From assembly GCA_965208735.1 (NCBI GenBank), contig CBDBPM010000002.1, positions 3,206,962-3,270,961 on the forward strand: a stretch of DNA of 64,000 nucleotides, in the 5' to 3' direction. Source of the stretch: Candidatus Poribacteria bacterium. Lineage in GTDB: Bacteria > Poribacteria > WGA-4E > WGA-3G. A model generated the notes under the pieces. The model was given only the letters and a program-made list of their open reading frames with translations. It was not told the DNA's origin and did no database searches. Both the position numbers and the translations under genes were made by a program. Of the stretch, positions 1 to 10,977 are shown piece after piece; position 1 is the stretch's first letter, and the number at the start of each line of letters is the position of its first letter.

Positions 1-1
1 T

Positions 2-133
2 CCAATTATTCTTCGGGATGGAATTCGTGGTAGATTGGCGATGGTCTACCAAACGCATCATGGAGATAATCCGAAAGGACAGGTTGCAGCGGAGATAATC
101 ATAAACTATCTTTTAACTGAATCGCAGCTTTAA
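2..133 (+). CDS. 3' end of a gene running in from the left edge; paralog of the C-terminus of the lipoprotein at 30464..31384
   Basis: Frame 2 reads PIILRDGIRGRLAMVYQTHHGDNPKGQVAAEIIINYLLTESQL*, matching PVILRDGDHGRLAIVLQT...PEGEVAAEIIINYLLAE of 30464..31384. Confidence 0.85.
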   Translation, partial: PIILRDGIRGRLAMVYQTHHGDNPKGQVAAEIIINYLLTESQL

Positions 134-148
134 CGCAAGTACTCACAG

Positions 149-188
149 AAACGGGACGGTAAATTGAATTTCACCGTCCCGTTTTTTT
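149..188. terminator. Intrinsic terminator, probably bidirectional, between convergent genes
   Basis: AAACGGGACGGT-loop-ACCGTCCCGTTTTTTT. Confidence 0.8.
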
Positions 189-206
189 GAGGTTGTAGAG
201 ACAATC

Positions 207-3200
207 TTACGTCAGTAACGGCTTCAGCCAACGTTTCGCTGTTTCGATGTCCATTCCAGTACGTTCTGCGTAATCCGCAACCTGATCCTCCCCGATTCTA
301 CCGATGCTGAAATACCGCGCTTCTGGATGCGAATAATACCACCCACTCACAGACGCTGCAGGGAACATCGCCAGACTCTCAGTGAGAGAGATACCCGTGT
401 TTTCCGTAGCCTTCAACAAGTCAAACAACACCCGTTTTTGGTTATGGTCGGGACATGCGGGGTAACCCGGTGCCGGACGAATCCCGCGGTATTTTTGGGC
501 GATTAATGCATCGTTATCCAACGTCTCATCAACGGCATACCCCCAAAGTTTTGTGCGGACGTGTTGATGCATCTTCTCCGCGAAAGCCTCTGCAAGCCGG
601 TCTGCCAACGCCTTCGCCATAATGCTGTTATAATCGTCCTGCTGCTGCTCAAATTCGGCACAGAATTCAGAGACACCGATGCCCGTTGTCACCGCAAACG
701 CGCCGATATAGTCTGGCACTGATGTCGCTTTTGGTGCAATGAAATCACCGAGGCTGAGATTCGGTCTCGTGAACGGCTGTTCCGTCTGTTGGCGTAGGTG
801 GTGCAGTGTAGCGATTGGTTCTGTCCGCGCTGCGTCCGCATAGATTTCAGTGTCTTCACCGACACCGTTGGCGGGGAAAAGCCCAACAGCAGCGCGCGCC
901 TGAAACCTTTTTTCTTTAATGATGATGCGGAGGAGTGCTTCGGCATCTTTTAGGAGTTTGCGCGCCTCCTCACCGACTTCCGGATTCTCCAATATATTTG
1001 GATATTTGCCACGGAGGCCCCAAGTCATAAAGAACGGACTCCAGTCGATATAGTCAACGAGTTTCTCCAAAGCGTAGTCATCAAAGACCGTAACACCCAT
1101 CGTCGAAGGTTTAGAGGGGCGGTAATTCTGCCAGTCCGGCATGAACTTTCGCTCTTGTGCAACAGGGAAGGAAAGCAAGGTCGCCTGTTTCCGATTTTTC
1201 GCACGGTGTTCCCGGATTTCTGTATATTCTTCACGGATCTGTTCGGTGAACGCCCCCTGTCTTTCACTGCTCATCAAATCGCTGACAACGCCAACACTCC
1301 GGGACGCATCTTTGACATGAATCGTTGAACCGTTGTAGGCAGGTTCAATTTGGACAGCGGTATGTATCTTGGAAGTCGTCGCGCCGCCGATGAGAAGTGG
1401 GATACGGAAACCTTCGCGTTCCATCTCTTCAGCGACATATACCATCTCATCTAACGATGGCGTGATGAGTCCACTTAATCCGATAATATCGGCGTTCTCT
1501 TGCCGTGCTGTCTCCAGAATATCTTCGGCTGGCACCATCACCCCAAGATCGATAACTTCGTAATTGTTGCACCCGAGTACAACACCGACGATATTCTTAC
1601 CGATGTCGTGTACATCGCCTTTCACCGTCGCCATCACGATCTTGCCGCGTGATCGGATAGCCCCTTCCGCCTGTTCCTTTTCAATAAAGGGTATGAGATG
1701 GGCGACCGCCTTTTTCATCACGCGCGCACTTTTGACCACTTGCGGTAGGAACATTTTACCGTCGCCAAAAAGTTCACCGACACGGTTCATACCGTCCATC
1801 AACGGTCCTTCAATCACCTGTATTGGACGTTCAGACTTAAGGCGTGCTTCTTCTGTATCATCTTCGATGTATTCGATAATCCCTTCGACAAGCGCGTGAC
1901 TGAGCCGTTTTTCAACCGGCAGTTTCCGCCATTTTCGACTCACACGCTTCTTTTTACCTTTCCCTTGCAGCGTGCCAGCGAGCGTGACAAGCCTATCTGT
2001 GGCATCTTCCCTCCGGTTGAACAGGACATCCTCCACTGCTTCTAAAAGCGTTTTGGGTAGATCGTCATAGACCGCAAGTTGCCCGGCATTGACGATTCCC
2101 ATGTCCATACCAGCATTGATGGCGTGGTAGAGGAACGCCGCGTGCATCGCCTCTCGCACTGTGTCGTTGCCACGAAACGCAAAAGAGATATTGCTAACAC
2201 CGCCACTCACTAAAGCGTCCGGACAGGTGGCTTTAATCGCCTCACACGCCTCAATAAACGCCTGCGCGTATGTGTTATGTTCTTCAATGCCGGTTGCGAC
2301 GGCGAAAATGTTCGGATCGAAGATAATATCCTCTGGTGGAAACCCAACCGCTTCTGTCAAGATTCGGTACGCCCGACGGCAGATCTCCACCTTCCGTTCG
2401 TAGGTGTCTGCTTGTCCTTTTTCGTCGAACGCCATGACGATAACGGCGGCACCGTATCGACGGATCAATCGCGCTTTCGCTAAGAAATCTGCCTCACCCT
2501 CTTTCAAGCTAATCGAGTTGACGATGCCTTTCCCCTGAACGCACGCTAACCCTGCCTCTATCACCTCCCACCGACTCGAATCCAGCATGATCGGCACACG
2601 ACTAATGTCGGGTTCAGCGGCAATGAGGTTCAAGAACTTAACGATTGCGGTTTTCGCATCTAACATGCCTGCGTCCATATTAATATCGATAAGTTGTGCA
2701 CCATTTTCCACTTGGTCGCGGGCAACCTCTAAAGCCGTTTCGTAGTCCTCGTTTTTAATGAGCGTCGCAAATCGGCGGGATCCTGTTACGTTTGTCCGTT
2801 CACCAACGTTAACAAAAAGAGAATCGGGTGTGATGTTAAACGCCTCTAAACCGCTCAGACGGCAGGCGCGTTCTTGTGGCGTAGGTTGACGTGGCGGGTA
2901 TTCAGCGGCGACTTTCACAATCGTTTCGATGTGTTCAGGTTGACTTCCGCAACATCCACCGACGATATTGACGAAGCCGTTTTGCGCGAATTCATGCATC
3001 CAATCTCCCATTTCCGCTGGCGTTTGTGTATACTGGCCGAGTTCGTTGGGGAGTCCGGCGTTCGGATAACAGATAACGGGTATGTCCGCCATCTTTGCCA
3101 TCTCTGCGAGGTAGGGACGGATTTGTTGTGCACCAAAACCGCAGTTCAATCCGACAGCGAGCAGGTTGGCATGCCGAACGGAGTTCCAGAACGCTTCGAC

Positions 3201-3881
3201 TGTTTGTCCTGAGAGGTTACGTCCACCACCGCCACTTCTGTCAGAGGAGACGATAAGCGGGATGTCGATGCCGCGCGTCTCTGCGAGGGTTTGTATCGCA
3301 AAAAGTGCTGCTTTACAATTGAGCGTATCCATGACGGTTTCAACGAGAAGGAGATCAACACCACCGTCAATTAAGCCTTCTGCTTGCGTTGTGTAGGCAG
3401 AAACGAGTTGTGAGAACGTGATATTTCGATAGCCGGGATCGTTGACGTTCGGCGAGATGGTGCAGCTGCGATTCGTCGGTCCCATGCTTCCGGCAACGAA
3501 ACGCGGTTTATTTGGCGATGTCCATTTATCTGCAACTTCACGAGCGATGCACGCAGCCGCATAGTTCACCTGATACGCGATATCTTGGAGTTGATAATCC
3601 GCCATTGAGACAGAAGTACTCGTAAAGGTATTGGTTTCAATGATGTCCGCGCCAGCACTACAATAGTTTGCGTGTATTTCTCGGACAATATGCGGCTGGG
3701 TTATAGAGAGCAGATCGTTGTAACCTTTCAGGTCGCAGGGGTGATCTGCAAACGGGTCGCCACGAAAATCTGCTTCTGTGAGCCGATAGGTCTGTAACAG
3801 CGATCCCATCGCACCGTCAAGAATCAGGATCCGTTTCTCCAGTTCGTTTTTAAGATATGTTATCCGTTCAGAATTTGCCAT
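207..3881 (-). CDS. metH: B12-dependent methionine synthase
   Basis: LDGAMG start, GGCCG Zn motif, GERTNVTGS pterin domain, DVHDIGKN cobalamin motif, [12 protein letters not shown] activation domain. ATG at 3881 (MANSER) is preferred over the GTG at 3911. Confidence 0.97.
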   Translation of the reverse strand: MANSERITYLKNELEKRILILDGAMGSLLQTYRLTEADFRGDPFADHPCDLKGYNDLLSITQPHIVREIHANYCSAGADIIETNTFTSTSVSMADYQLQDIAYQVNYAAACIAREVADKWTSPNKPRFVAGSMGPTNRSCTISPNVNDPGYRNITFSQLVSAYTTQAEGLIDGGVDLLLVETVMDTLNCKAALFAIQTLAETRGIDIPLIVSSDRSGGGGRNLSGQTVEAFWNSVRHANLLAVGLNCGFGAQQIRPYLAEMAKMADIPVICYPNAGLPNELGQYTQTPAEMGDWMHEFAQNGFVNIVGGCCGSQPEHIETIVKVAAEYPPRQPTPQERACRLSGLEAFNITPDSLFVNVGERTNVTGSRRFATLIKNEDYETALEVARDQVENGAQLIDINMDAGMLDAKTAIVKFLNLIAAEPDISRVPIMLDSSRWEVIEAGLACVQGKGIVNSISLKEGEADFLAKARLIRRYGAAVIVMAFDEKGQADTYERKVEICRRAYRILTEAVGFPPEDIIFDPNIFAVATGIEEHNTYAQAFIEACEAIKATCPDALVSGGVSNISFAFRGNDTVREAMHAAFLYHAINAGMDMGIVNAGQLAVYDDLPKTLLEAVEDVLFNRREDATDRLVTLAGTLQGKGKKKRVSRKWRKLPVEKRLSHALVEGIIEYIEDDTEEARLKSERPIQVIEGPLMDGMNRVGELFGDGKMFLPQVVKSARVMKKAVAHLIPFIEKEQAEGAIRSRGKIVMATVKGDVHDIGKNIVGVVLGCNNYEVIDLGVMVPAEDILETARQENADIIGLSGLITPSLDEMVYVAEEMEREGFRIPLLIGGATTSKIHTAVQIEPAYNGSTIHVKDASRSVGVVSDLMSSERQGAFTEQIREEYTEIREHRAKNRKQATLLSFPVAQERKFMPDWQNYRPSKPSTMGVTVFDDYALEKLVDYIDWSPFFMTWGLRGKYPNILENPEVGEEARKLLKDAEALLRIIIKEKRFQARAAVGLFPANGVGEDTEIYADAARTEPIATLHHLRQQTEQPFTRPNLSLGDFIAPKATSVPDYIGAFAVTTGIGVSEFCAEFEQQQDDYNSIMAKALADRLAEAFAEKMHQHVRTKLWGYAVDETLDNDALIAQKYRGIRPAPGYPACPDHNQKRVLFDLLKATENTGISLTESLAMFPAASVSGWYYSHPEARYFSIGRIGEDQVADYAERTGMDIETAKRWLKPLLT

Positions 3882-3944
3882 ATTTTTAATTTTACTTTGC
3901 GGAAGAACCACATGTATTTCAACTATGAATTATATTATACTATA

Positions 3945-5034
3945 TAGGACTTACGCAAAGTTGACGACAATAGAAGGCTTTTTGATCTCTCGTCGCAGAT
4001 AGTCCTCGTATAAACTTTCTTTCAGGCGGTAAATCGTTTGACCCGTCGTGCGCGCAGCACGCGTCAAACTGACCCAGACCCACAAACAACAGGCAATATG
4101 ATTGCGTTGTCCACGATGTTGACGACTTTGGCACTTGCTGATACCTGTCGTTTGCTTGAGCTCACGATGAAGTTGCTCAATCTTCCAACGAACGCGACAT
4201 TCTTGCTGCGTCGCAGTCACATCCGATTGAGATAAATCGTTGGTGGCAATATATTCCGTGCGTCTGGTGCCGGACGCTATCCGAAACAACTTCACTTGGT
4301 GGCCTTTCGGAAACTTGTAGATATGAACACGTTTACCCTGTCGCAACTCTGATTCTGTCCACGTCAGATCATCTATCCGTTTGTGCGGGTCAACACCCTC
4401 AGTGTCATTGACGAGACGATTGCGTTTCAAGGGAGCATAATAGATTTTTGAGAGACTCTGAATCGTTTTTAGCACTGCCATTGAAGCATACCAAGAATCT
4501 ACTAACACGACCCGAAACGGGAGATTTTTCACGAAGTAGGCGTTCTGCAACATCTCCTGAAGGTGTTGAAGTTTGGTTTTCGCGTCTCGGTCTGGATCAT
4601 AGATACGGTAATCAATAATCCAATACTGATGCGTCTTCGGATTGACATAGACACATGTCACGAGACCGATGCCTTGGATGACACGTTTTTCGGAGCCACT
4701 CCACTGCCGGCGAACAGGTTCTATCTGTTTCGCATAAGGTTTTGGCATGACGGTATCATCAAAAAGAACGTATCCGTCTTCATCAAACTCAATATCGTTT
4801 CGCACCGAACGCCAGAGTTCACGGGCAGGGATACGTTCGGTATTCAGGAGACGATTGAGTTGATCATGGCTCCATTTCTCCGTATGATTGGCAAAGTGTG
4901 TCTGTGTGAAGTTCTGAAAACCGGCTAACAAAAATTGGCAATAATCCGAGAACAGCGGTTGTCTCTTTTCAGAAAGATTCATGCTCATCATAATTAAAAA
5001 CTATAACACATTTTAATTCATTGCGTAAGTCCTA
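3945..5034 (-). mobile_element. IS701-family insertion sequence, copy 1 (1090 bp)
   Basis: 13-bp terminal inverted repeats TAGGACTTACGCA/TGCGTAAGTCCTA; flanking CTATA duplication (3940-3944, 5035-5039); same length and same protein as the copy at 57904..58993. Confidence 0.92.
3951..4991 (-). CDS. IS701-family DDE transposase
   Basis: FDDTV...VDSWY...RWKIEQLHRELKQ DDE motifs; stop codon lies inside the terminal inverted repeat. Confidence 0.9.
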   Translation of the reverse strand: MMSMNLSEKRQPLFSDYCQFLLAGFQNFTQTHFANHTEKWSHDQLNRLLNTERIPARELWRSVRNDIEFDEDGYVLFDDTVMPKPYAKQIEPVRRQWSGSEKRVIQGIGLVTCVYVNPKTHQYWIIDYRIYDPDRDAKTKLQHLQEMLQNAYFVKNLPFRVVLVDSWYASMAVLKTIQSLSKIYYAPLKRNRLVNDTEGVDPHKRIDDLTWTESELRQGKRVHIYKFPKGHQVKLFRIASGTRRTEYIATNDLSQSDVTATQQECRVRWKIEQLHRELKQTTGISKCQSRQHRGQRNHIACCLWVWVSLTRAARTTGQTIYRLKESLYEDYLRREIKKPSIVVNFA

Positions 5035-5097
5035 CTATAGTTAATAATATACCACATAAAAAGCCACTTTGTCCATTTAAAGCCGATCTAACTCATC

Positions 5098-5478
5098 ATG
5101 CAAACACAAAACAGAGAACGCGAACGCGCCCCACACGCCCATAAATACGCCATCCATTTCGACATATTGCCAGAGATTTCCTATCTCAATCAGGACTTAA
5201 CAGTCTTAGTGGCGGACCTTTTACCGATCTTTCACGATTTCCCGAAAGATGTCCATATCTCCGAACGTTGGGTAGACGAAGGTCTCGACTTTTGTCGCGT
5301 CATCTTTTGGGTGGCTGCTGAATCTCCAGATGCCATCAAGTCTTTTGCGAACTGGTTTCAGGCAATATTCCGAGAGGCATCCATTGCCGAAGTATTGGAG
5401 CGTCTTGTCGTCTGTGCTTTAGATGAACCCGACGGTATTGAAGTTATCCTGTCAGATTGGACGCGATTAGCCAATTAA
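5098..5478 (+). CDS. Hypothetical protein
   Basis: 126-aa ATG ORF with globular composition; no motif recognised. Confidence 0.55.
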   Translation: MQTQNRERERAPHAHKYAIHFDILPEISYLNQDLTVLVADLLPIFHDFPKDVHISERWVDEGLDFCRVIFWVAAESPDAIKSFANWFQAIFREASIAEVLERLVVCALDEPDGIEVILSDWTRLAN

Positions 5479-5617
5479 ACCAACTTACCCCATTTCCACT
5501 TCTATATTTCTTATGTAGCATAGCCTGTTAGGTTGTGCCTCTTCGCGCCGAAAATAACGCCGAGCACTCCGAGAGAAGGTTGCAACGGGTGTCTATTTCT
5601 ACACACGCAAAGCAGGC

Positions 5618-5825
5618 GATTTCACCGCGACACGCAAGCTATTGATACGGAAATAGTATCATAAGACCATCAAATTGCCCTACTACAAGCGACATAGTTC
5701 GTAGTAGGGCAATTCTTATTCCCCATCCGCGTCGATTTCACAGCGACGTGCAAACTACTGATACGGAAATAACCATCAAATTGCCTTACTACAAGCGATA
5801 TAGTTCGTAGTAGGGCAATTTTTTA
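5618..5825. repeat. Imperfect tandem duplication (~100-115 bp unit), each unit containing an AATTGCCCTACTAC...GTAGTAGGGCAATT palindrome
   Basis: GATTTCAC.GCGAC..GCAA.CTA.TGATACGGAAATA...ACCATCAAATTGCC.TACTACAAGCGA.ATAGTTCGTAGTAGGGCAATT occurs twice. Confidence 0.8.
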
Positions 5826-5977
5826 TTCTCCAGTTGGGTTCGTAGTAGTGCGATTCTGCGGTGTACACACCCAAATGCGAAGTGCATTATCGCACGTTCT
5901 GATATTACCGAAAAATAATTTGACTGATATTTCTCAAAAGTTATTGTAAAGCAGTGATTATTAAGGTTCTTTTGGTA

Positions 5978-7168
5978 TTACTATAGTTTGGACAGTTTTC
6001 AGACATAGCACTCCGCTGGAGTGCAAGAGTCTCTAAACCACCGGTTTCTATAGACATATTGCTCCGCTGGAGCAAGGATACACCCCGTATCCGTGTGCCA
6101 GACGTAATCAATATGGAACTAACGATACCGACATTCAGATGTCTCCTCACGCCAGATGAAGATTAACAAATAAATTGGGTAATTTTCTAACCAGACCCGG
6201 TGCGGTTAGGAATGCAGATCGCAAATGTAAAGCTAAGACAAATTTTGCCGCGTGTGGGCAAAATTTGGGTGTGTACACCGCAAAACTGCACCATAGGTGT
6301 CAATTTAAGAGAAACAGACATATTTTTTAGTCCTGTAGGGACGGCATCTGTGTAGACACGTATTGCCAGAAGTCTTGAACCCCGTAGGGGTGACATCTAT
6401 AGACACTTCACTATTATACAGATGCCGCCCCTACGGGGAAACCGAGGGTTTAGGTTCATACGCGTACTACATAGATACCGTCCCTACGGGACTCAAGAGC
6501 AATTCTGAAATATCCAAAGCTTCTGCGCAAAATCCGACGTAGTTTCAAATAGTGCTTACCGTTTCTGGCGGCAACGACGGTTAATTTTTCTAAAATTGAC
6601 ACTTATAATGCGGTTAGGAAACCGCCCCATAGGTGTCAATTTAGCGATTTTCGCGATATTTTTTGAAGATTCTCTATAGATGCCGCCCCTACGGGGCTGA
6701 AACTTTGGCTCATACACGTACTACTACATAGATACCGTCCCTACGGGACTCAAGAGCAGTTTAGAAGTATCCAAGGTTTCTGCGTAAAATCCAGTGTAGT
6801 TTCAAATGGTGCCTACCGTTTCTGGTGGCAACGACGGTTATTTTTTCTAAAATTGACACTTATAGTGCGGTTAGGAATGCAGATCGCATTTGGGTGTGTA
6901 CACCGCAAAACCGCACCTACCGGGTCTGGGGAGTGCTGGAATTACCCATTTAAATACTTAATCTTCATGAGGCGTGATATTGCTTCGCAGTGAGAGTAGA
7001 AATAGCATGTAGAAGTCTCCGCACTCCAGCGGAGTGCTATGTAAAGGGGTCGGCGTTGGGCATAAATGCGTTTTTCGGCGAGTTATGCTGACCCCTAAAC
7101 GCGTAGAAAAATAGAAACATTCTTGAAAACAAGACACAAAACAGGCAGAAAGTGTCCAAACTTTAGTA
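5978..7168. mobile_element. Nested cluster of MITE-like and REP-like elements
   Basis: Concentric inverted end pairs: TAGTTTGGACA/TGTCCAAACT (outer), ATGAAGATTAA/TTAATCTTCAT, CCAGACCCGGT/ACCGGGTCTGG, and two ATAGGTGTCAATTT...AAATTGACACTTAT units (6293-6606, 6629-6863); no credible ORF. Confidence 0.75.
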
Positions 7169-7244
7169 TAAAAAGAAGATTTGAAAATTTAGAAAATCTG
7201 ATAATTTATCTAAAACTAAATAGTCCTGATATTTGGTGAAAAAG

Positions 7245-7305
7245 CGTTGACATCGAAAAATAAAATAGATATAACGTTGACATTGAAAAATAAAATAGAT
7301 ATAAT
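7245..7305 (+). promoter_or_regulatory. Tandemly duplicated sigma70 promoter (30-bp unit) upstream of the lolA-pgsA-thpR-recA genes
   Basis: TTGACA(7247)-17-TATAAC(7270) followed by TTGACA(7277)-17-TATAAT(7300), the latter a perfect consensus. Confidence 0.85.
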
Positions 7306-7353
7306 ATTAAGTGAAAATCAGTTTCCAAAACACGATTTGGAAAACGGGAGATA

Positions 7354-8091
7354 GTGATGATCCGACGAACCGATTGGCGTACTGTATTGCGGAAATCTGT
7401 GGGCTTCCAAAGTTTTCTACTGGCAGTGCCGCTCCTTTCTTTGCTGTTTGTTAGCAGTGCATATCCGCAAAATGTTGATGAAATTTTTCAGAATTTCAAG
7501 CAGGCTTACGACAAGTCTGATAATTTCAGCGCGAATTTTGAGGAAACAACACTATTTGCGAATAAGAAAAGCGTCGCTCGCGGGCGGATTGTTTTTCGGA
7601 AACCGAATTTACTCCGTAGGGAGTACGTGGGTCGAAAAGATGCCGCTAAAGTTATCCAAATTACTGTTTTTGATGGGACACACGGTTGGACGTATACACC
7701 GATGCTCAACCAAGTGAATAAGATGAAATTGGACAATCCGGAGGGGCAGTTGTTTCCGGGCATCGGGGCATCACTTGATGATTTTGAAGCGATGTATGAT
7801 ATGGTGCTTGTCCCTGACGAGTTCGCGAATCCGAAAGGTATACACAACATTGAGTTCACCCCTAAAAAAGGCTTGGCGAATCCGGGCGTAAAGGAGAAGT
7901 TTCAAATCTGGGTACAATCCGATGGGTGGCTCCCTGTTCAAGTTGGACACGAGTTTGAACTCGAAGACGGATCCCGTCAAAGCGCGATTGTTAAGTTCTC
8001 AGAGATTAAACGCGATAAAAAACTCGCACCGGACCTTTTCAAGTTTGTGGTGCCTGAAGATGCCGAGGTCATCAATCTTTCCGAAAATTAG
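7354..8091 (+). CDS. lolA: Outer-membrane lipoprotein carrier protein, LolA family
   Basis: Signal peptide, FSANFEE...GRIVFRKPNLLRREY, DG..WTYTP..NQV, C-terminal F.F.VPE.AEVI. Confidence 0.8.
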   Translation: MMIRRTDWRTVLRKSVGFQSFLLAVPLLSLLFVSSAYPQNVDEIFQNFKQAYDKSDNFSANFEETTLFANKKSVARGRIVFRKPNLLRREYVGRKDAAKVIQITVFDGTHGWTYTPMLNQVNKMKLDNPEGQLFPGIGASLDDFEAMYDMVLVPDEFANPKGIHNIEFTPKKGLANPGVKEKFQIWVQSDGWLPVQVGHEFELEDGSRQSAIVKFSEIKRDKKLAPDLFKFVVPEDAEVINLSEN

Positions 8092-8141
8092 AAACTATTT
8101 CCAACGATGGGATAATCTCTAATGTATCGGCACTATATATT

Positions 8142-8762
8142 ATGGATTTCGGTACCCTTTTTCGGTTGGCAAATCTCCTAACACTTTTACGGCTATTCCT
8201 GATACCGCCCTTCATTTTCTGTTTTCAGGCAGATATGATGGTGCCTGCCTTCGCTATTTTTGCGCTCGCTGCGCTAACAGACAATATTGATGGAAGAGTC
8301 GCACGGAAACAAGGTGTCACCAGTTTCGGGAAATTCATGGACCCGCTCGCGGATAAATTGTTGATCGGTGCCGCCTTAATCTGTCTAACCTTTTTTGAGG
8401 GCACCGGTGGCGGACTCATCCCGATGTGGATGGTTGTCGTCATTATGGGGCGCGAAGTTCTTGTTACGCTCTTGCGGATCGTTTTTGCTGCAAAGTACGG
8501 GCAGGTGGTCTCCGCAAGTCAGTGGGGAAAATACAAGATGACTTCACAACTGATAGTTATTTCTCTCGGTTTAGTTTTGCTTGCGATCCAGAACGACCAG
8601 ACTGCTACATTTGTTTTGAAAACCCGGGGGCCGATCTATTTTATGATGTATCTACCGTTAGTACTCACTGTCGGGTCTGGTGTGGAATTCCTCATTAATA
8701 ACCGAAAAGCGTTATCGGCACTGATTTTCTCAACCCGTTATGATCCAGAAGCAGGTGCGTGA
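8142..8762 (+). CDS. pgsA: CDP-diacylglycerol--glycerol-3-phosphate 3-phosphatidyltransferase
   Basis: N.LT.LR; TDNIDGRVARK..VTSFGKFMDPLADK CDP-alcohol phosphotransferase signature. Confidence 0.93.
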   Translation: MDFGTLFRLANLLTLLRLFLIPPFIFCFQADMMVPAFAIFALAALTDNIDGRVARKQGVTSFGKFMDPLADKLLIGAALICLTFFEGTGGGLIPMWMVVVIMGREVLVTLLRIVFAAKYGQVVSASQWGKYKMTSQLIVISLGLVLLAIQNDQTATFVLKTRGPIYFMMYLPLVLTVGSGVEFLINNRKALSALIFSTRYDPEAGA

Positions 8763-9343
8763 TGTCCACAGCTAAAGGTGACAGCGTTCGTTGTTTTGTA
8801 GCGATTGAAATACCAAAACCGGTACAGGCATTGCTGAAACCCGTGCAGACACACCTTCAATCCGAGATTTCCAAAGTTTCATGGACAAAGTCCGGTAACT
8901 TCCATTTGACCTTAAAGTTTCTCGGTGATGTCCATTCTGAAGCGGTTGGTGCTGTGAGCGAAGCAGTTCAGAACATTGCTGCTACACAGTCTCCATTTTC
9001 TATTGAATTCGGTGGTATCGGTGCGTTCCCCTCGCTTGCGCGTCCGCGGGTTATCTGGGTCGGGATCAAACACGGCGGGTCGATTGTCTCACACCTTGCG
9101 AAAGCCGTGAATCTTGAACTGAAGCGTCTCGGTTTTCCAACGGACAATCGCTTTCATCCGCATCTTACACTCGGACGGCTCAGGAACCCGATAAATCTGC
9201 AACCCCTAAAAAGCGTTCTACGTAAATATGATACACTTGATGGAGCCACGGTGAGTGTCAATGAAATCACTGTCATGCAAAGCCAACTTCACCCTAATGG
9301 AGCGATCTATACGCCTTTAAACGTATCTCATTTTTCGGCGTAG
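8762..9343 (+). CDS. thpR: RNA 2',3'-cyclic phosphodiesterase (2H family)
   Basis: Two HxT motifs (FHLTLKFLG, HPHLTLGR); usual position before recA. Confidence 0.92.
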   Translation: MSTAKGDSVRCFVAIEIPKPVQALLKPVQTHLQSEISKVSWTKSGNFHLTLKFLGDVHSEAVGAVSEAVQNIAATQSPFSIEFGGIGAFPSLARPRVIWVGIKHGGSIVSHLAKAVNLELKRLGFPTDNRFHPHLTLGRLRNPINLQPLKSVLRKYDTLDGATVSVNEITVMQSQLHPNGAIYTPLNVSHFSA

Positions 9344-9404
9344 TACAACATAATCCGGAGCACCACCTTTGATGGTAGGTGCGATAAAGGAGAAACCTTA
9401 GAAC

Positions 9405-10457
9405 ATGTTAGATGAACAAAAACAGAAGGCTATCGACCAAGCAATCTCACAGGTAGAACGTGAATTCGGCAAAGGTGCTATCATGCGCTTGACGGACGGT
9501 GAGATTGTACCTGTCGAAGCAATCCCGACCGGCGCACTCTCGCTGGACCTTGCCCTCGGTGTAGGTGGTGTACCGCGCGGCAGAATCATTGAGATCTACG
9601 GGCATGAAGGCACCGGAAAAACCACTTTGGCACTGCATATCGTCGCCGAAACACAAAAATTAGGTGGAACCGCCGTGTTTATTGATGTTGAACACGCACT
9701 CGACACCACCTACGCAAGAAATATCGGTGTCAACATGGAGAACCTATTGATTGCGCAACCCGATGCAGGCGAACAGGCGTTAGAGATTGTCGAGACGCTC
9801 ATCCGGAGTGGTGCTATTGATTTGGTCGTGGTTGATTCTGTGGCGGCATTGACACCCCAAGCCGAAATTGAGGGTGAAATGGGCGACTCACACGTCGGTT
9901 TGTTACCGCGCTTGATGTCGAAAGCACTTCGGAAATTATCTGGCGTTACGAATAAGTCTCAGACCTGCGTCATTTTTACAAACCAGATTCGGCAAAAGAT
10001 CGGTATTATGTTCGGTAACCCGGATACCACACCCGGTGGACTTGCACTCAAATTCCACGCCTCCGTCCGATTGGAACTCCGTCGTGGCACTCAGATCAAG
10101 GAAGGGAATGAGGTCGTCGGCAGCAGCGTACGGGTCAAAGTCGCGAAAAATAAGGTCGCACCCCCCTTCAGGGAAACGGAATACGACGTTACCTTCGGTA
10201 AAGGCATTTCCAAAGAAGGTAACCTCTTAGATATTGCCGTTGACAACGAGTTTATCCAGAAAAGTGGGTCTTGGTTTGCCTACAATACTGAACGCATTGG
10301 GCAAGGTAGGACGAATGCCAAGAAGTATTTAGAGGACAATCCTGAGATTGCGGCGGAAATTGAGGCGAAGATCCGTGAAGCTATGAGTATGGCACCAGAT
10401 GCTGGGGCTGGCGCGATTCCCGAAGAGGAAGATGAGACGGTTGAAAGCGCGGAATAA
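9405..10457 (+). CDS. recA: Recombinase A
   Basis: [43 protein letters not shown]. Confidence 0.99.
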   Translation: MLDEQKQKAIDQAISQVEREFGKGAIMRLTDGEIVPVEAIPTGALSLDLALGVGGVPRGRIIEIYGHEGTGKTTLALHIVAETQKLGGTAVFIDVEHALDTTYARNIGVNMENLLIAQPDAGEQALEIVETLIRSGAIDLVVVDSVAALTPQAEIEGEMGDSHVGLLPRLMSKALRKLSGVTNKSQTCVIFTNQIRQKIGIMFGNPDTTPGGLALKFHASVRLELRRGTQIKEGNEVVGSSVRVKVAKNKVAPPFRETEYDVTFGKGISKEGNLLDIAVDNEFIQKSGSWFAYNTERIGQGRTNAKKYLEDNPEIAAEIEAKIREAMSMAPDAGAGAIPEEEDETVESAE

Positions 10458-10670
10458 GACGCAGCTGGATGACAAAGTTTTTGGGACTAAGGCCTAATCC
10501 TGATGCCGCGATACCTCGTGTACAGAGGCGCGGTTTCGGAGACAGTCTCGGCCTCGCGTATCAGACTAAAACGTTTCTTAGAAAAAACGTTTGATTGTGG
10601 TCAGAAATTCTCGTATAATAGGCAGGGCTATTTAGTTCTCGGTTTTTTCGTCCAATTTTGGACCCCCAGG

Positions 10671-10701
10671 CCCGGTAGGTGCGGTTTGGAACCGCACCGG
10701 G
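10671..10701. repeat. GTAG-type REP-like palindrome; further copies at 16541-16572, 25410-25440, 46456-46484, 53431-53461
   Basis: CCGGTAGGTGCGGTTT(nn)AACCGCACCGG; the 53431 copy has a compensatory change (TCGGTT/AACCGA). Confidence 0.85.
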
Positions 10702-10977
10702 CTTGAAAAAGAAAATTCAAAAATTTAGAAAATTCGATAATTTATCTAAAACTAAATGGCCCTGGTATAATAGGTGTATCTGCTCAACAGAAGTTGCCAC
10801 CTGGCACCTGTCAGTGTTTTCGTCCACGCTTCATAATGGACAAAGCAGATGCAGAAAACCAGAGGCACTACGAAAAAACGTTAATAAGTGGGTTCTGCAA
10901 CAGAGATTGGCACTTTGAAAATCCGATACCTTAATGTTACGGTACCGTCCAATAACAAAGCTTTCAGGAGGCTGATT

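Noticed and set aside
5600-7170. Possible CRISPR array
   Set aside because: Repeats are palindromic, nested and irregularly spaced, with no unique spacers of constant length and no cas genes.
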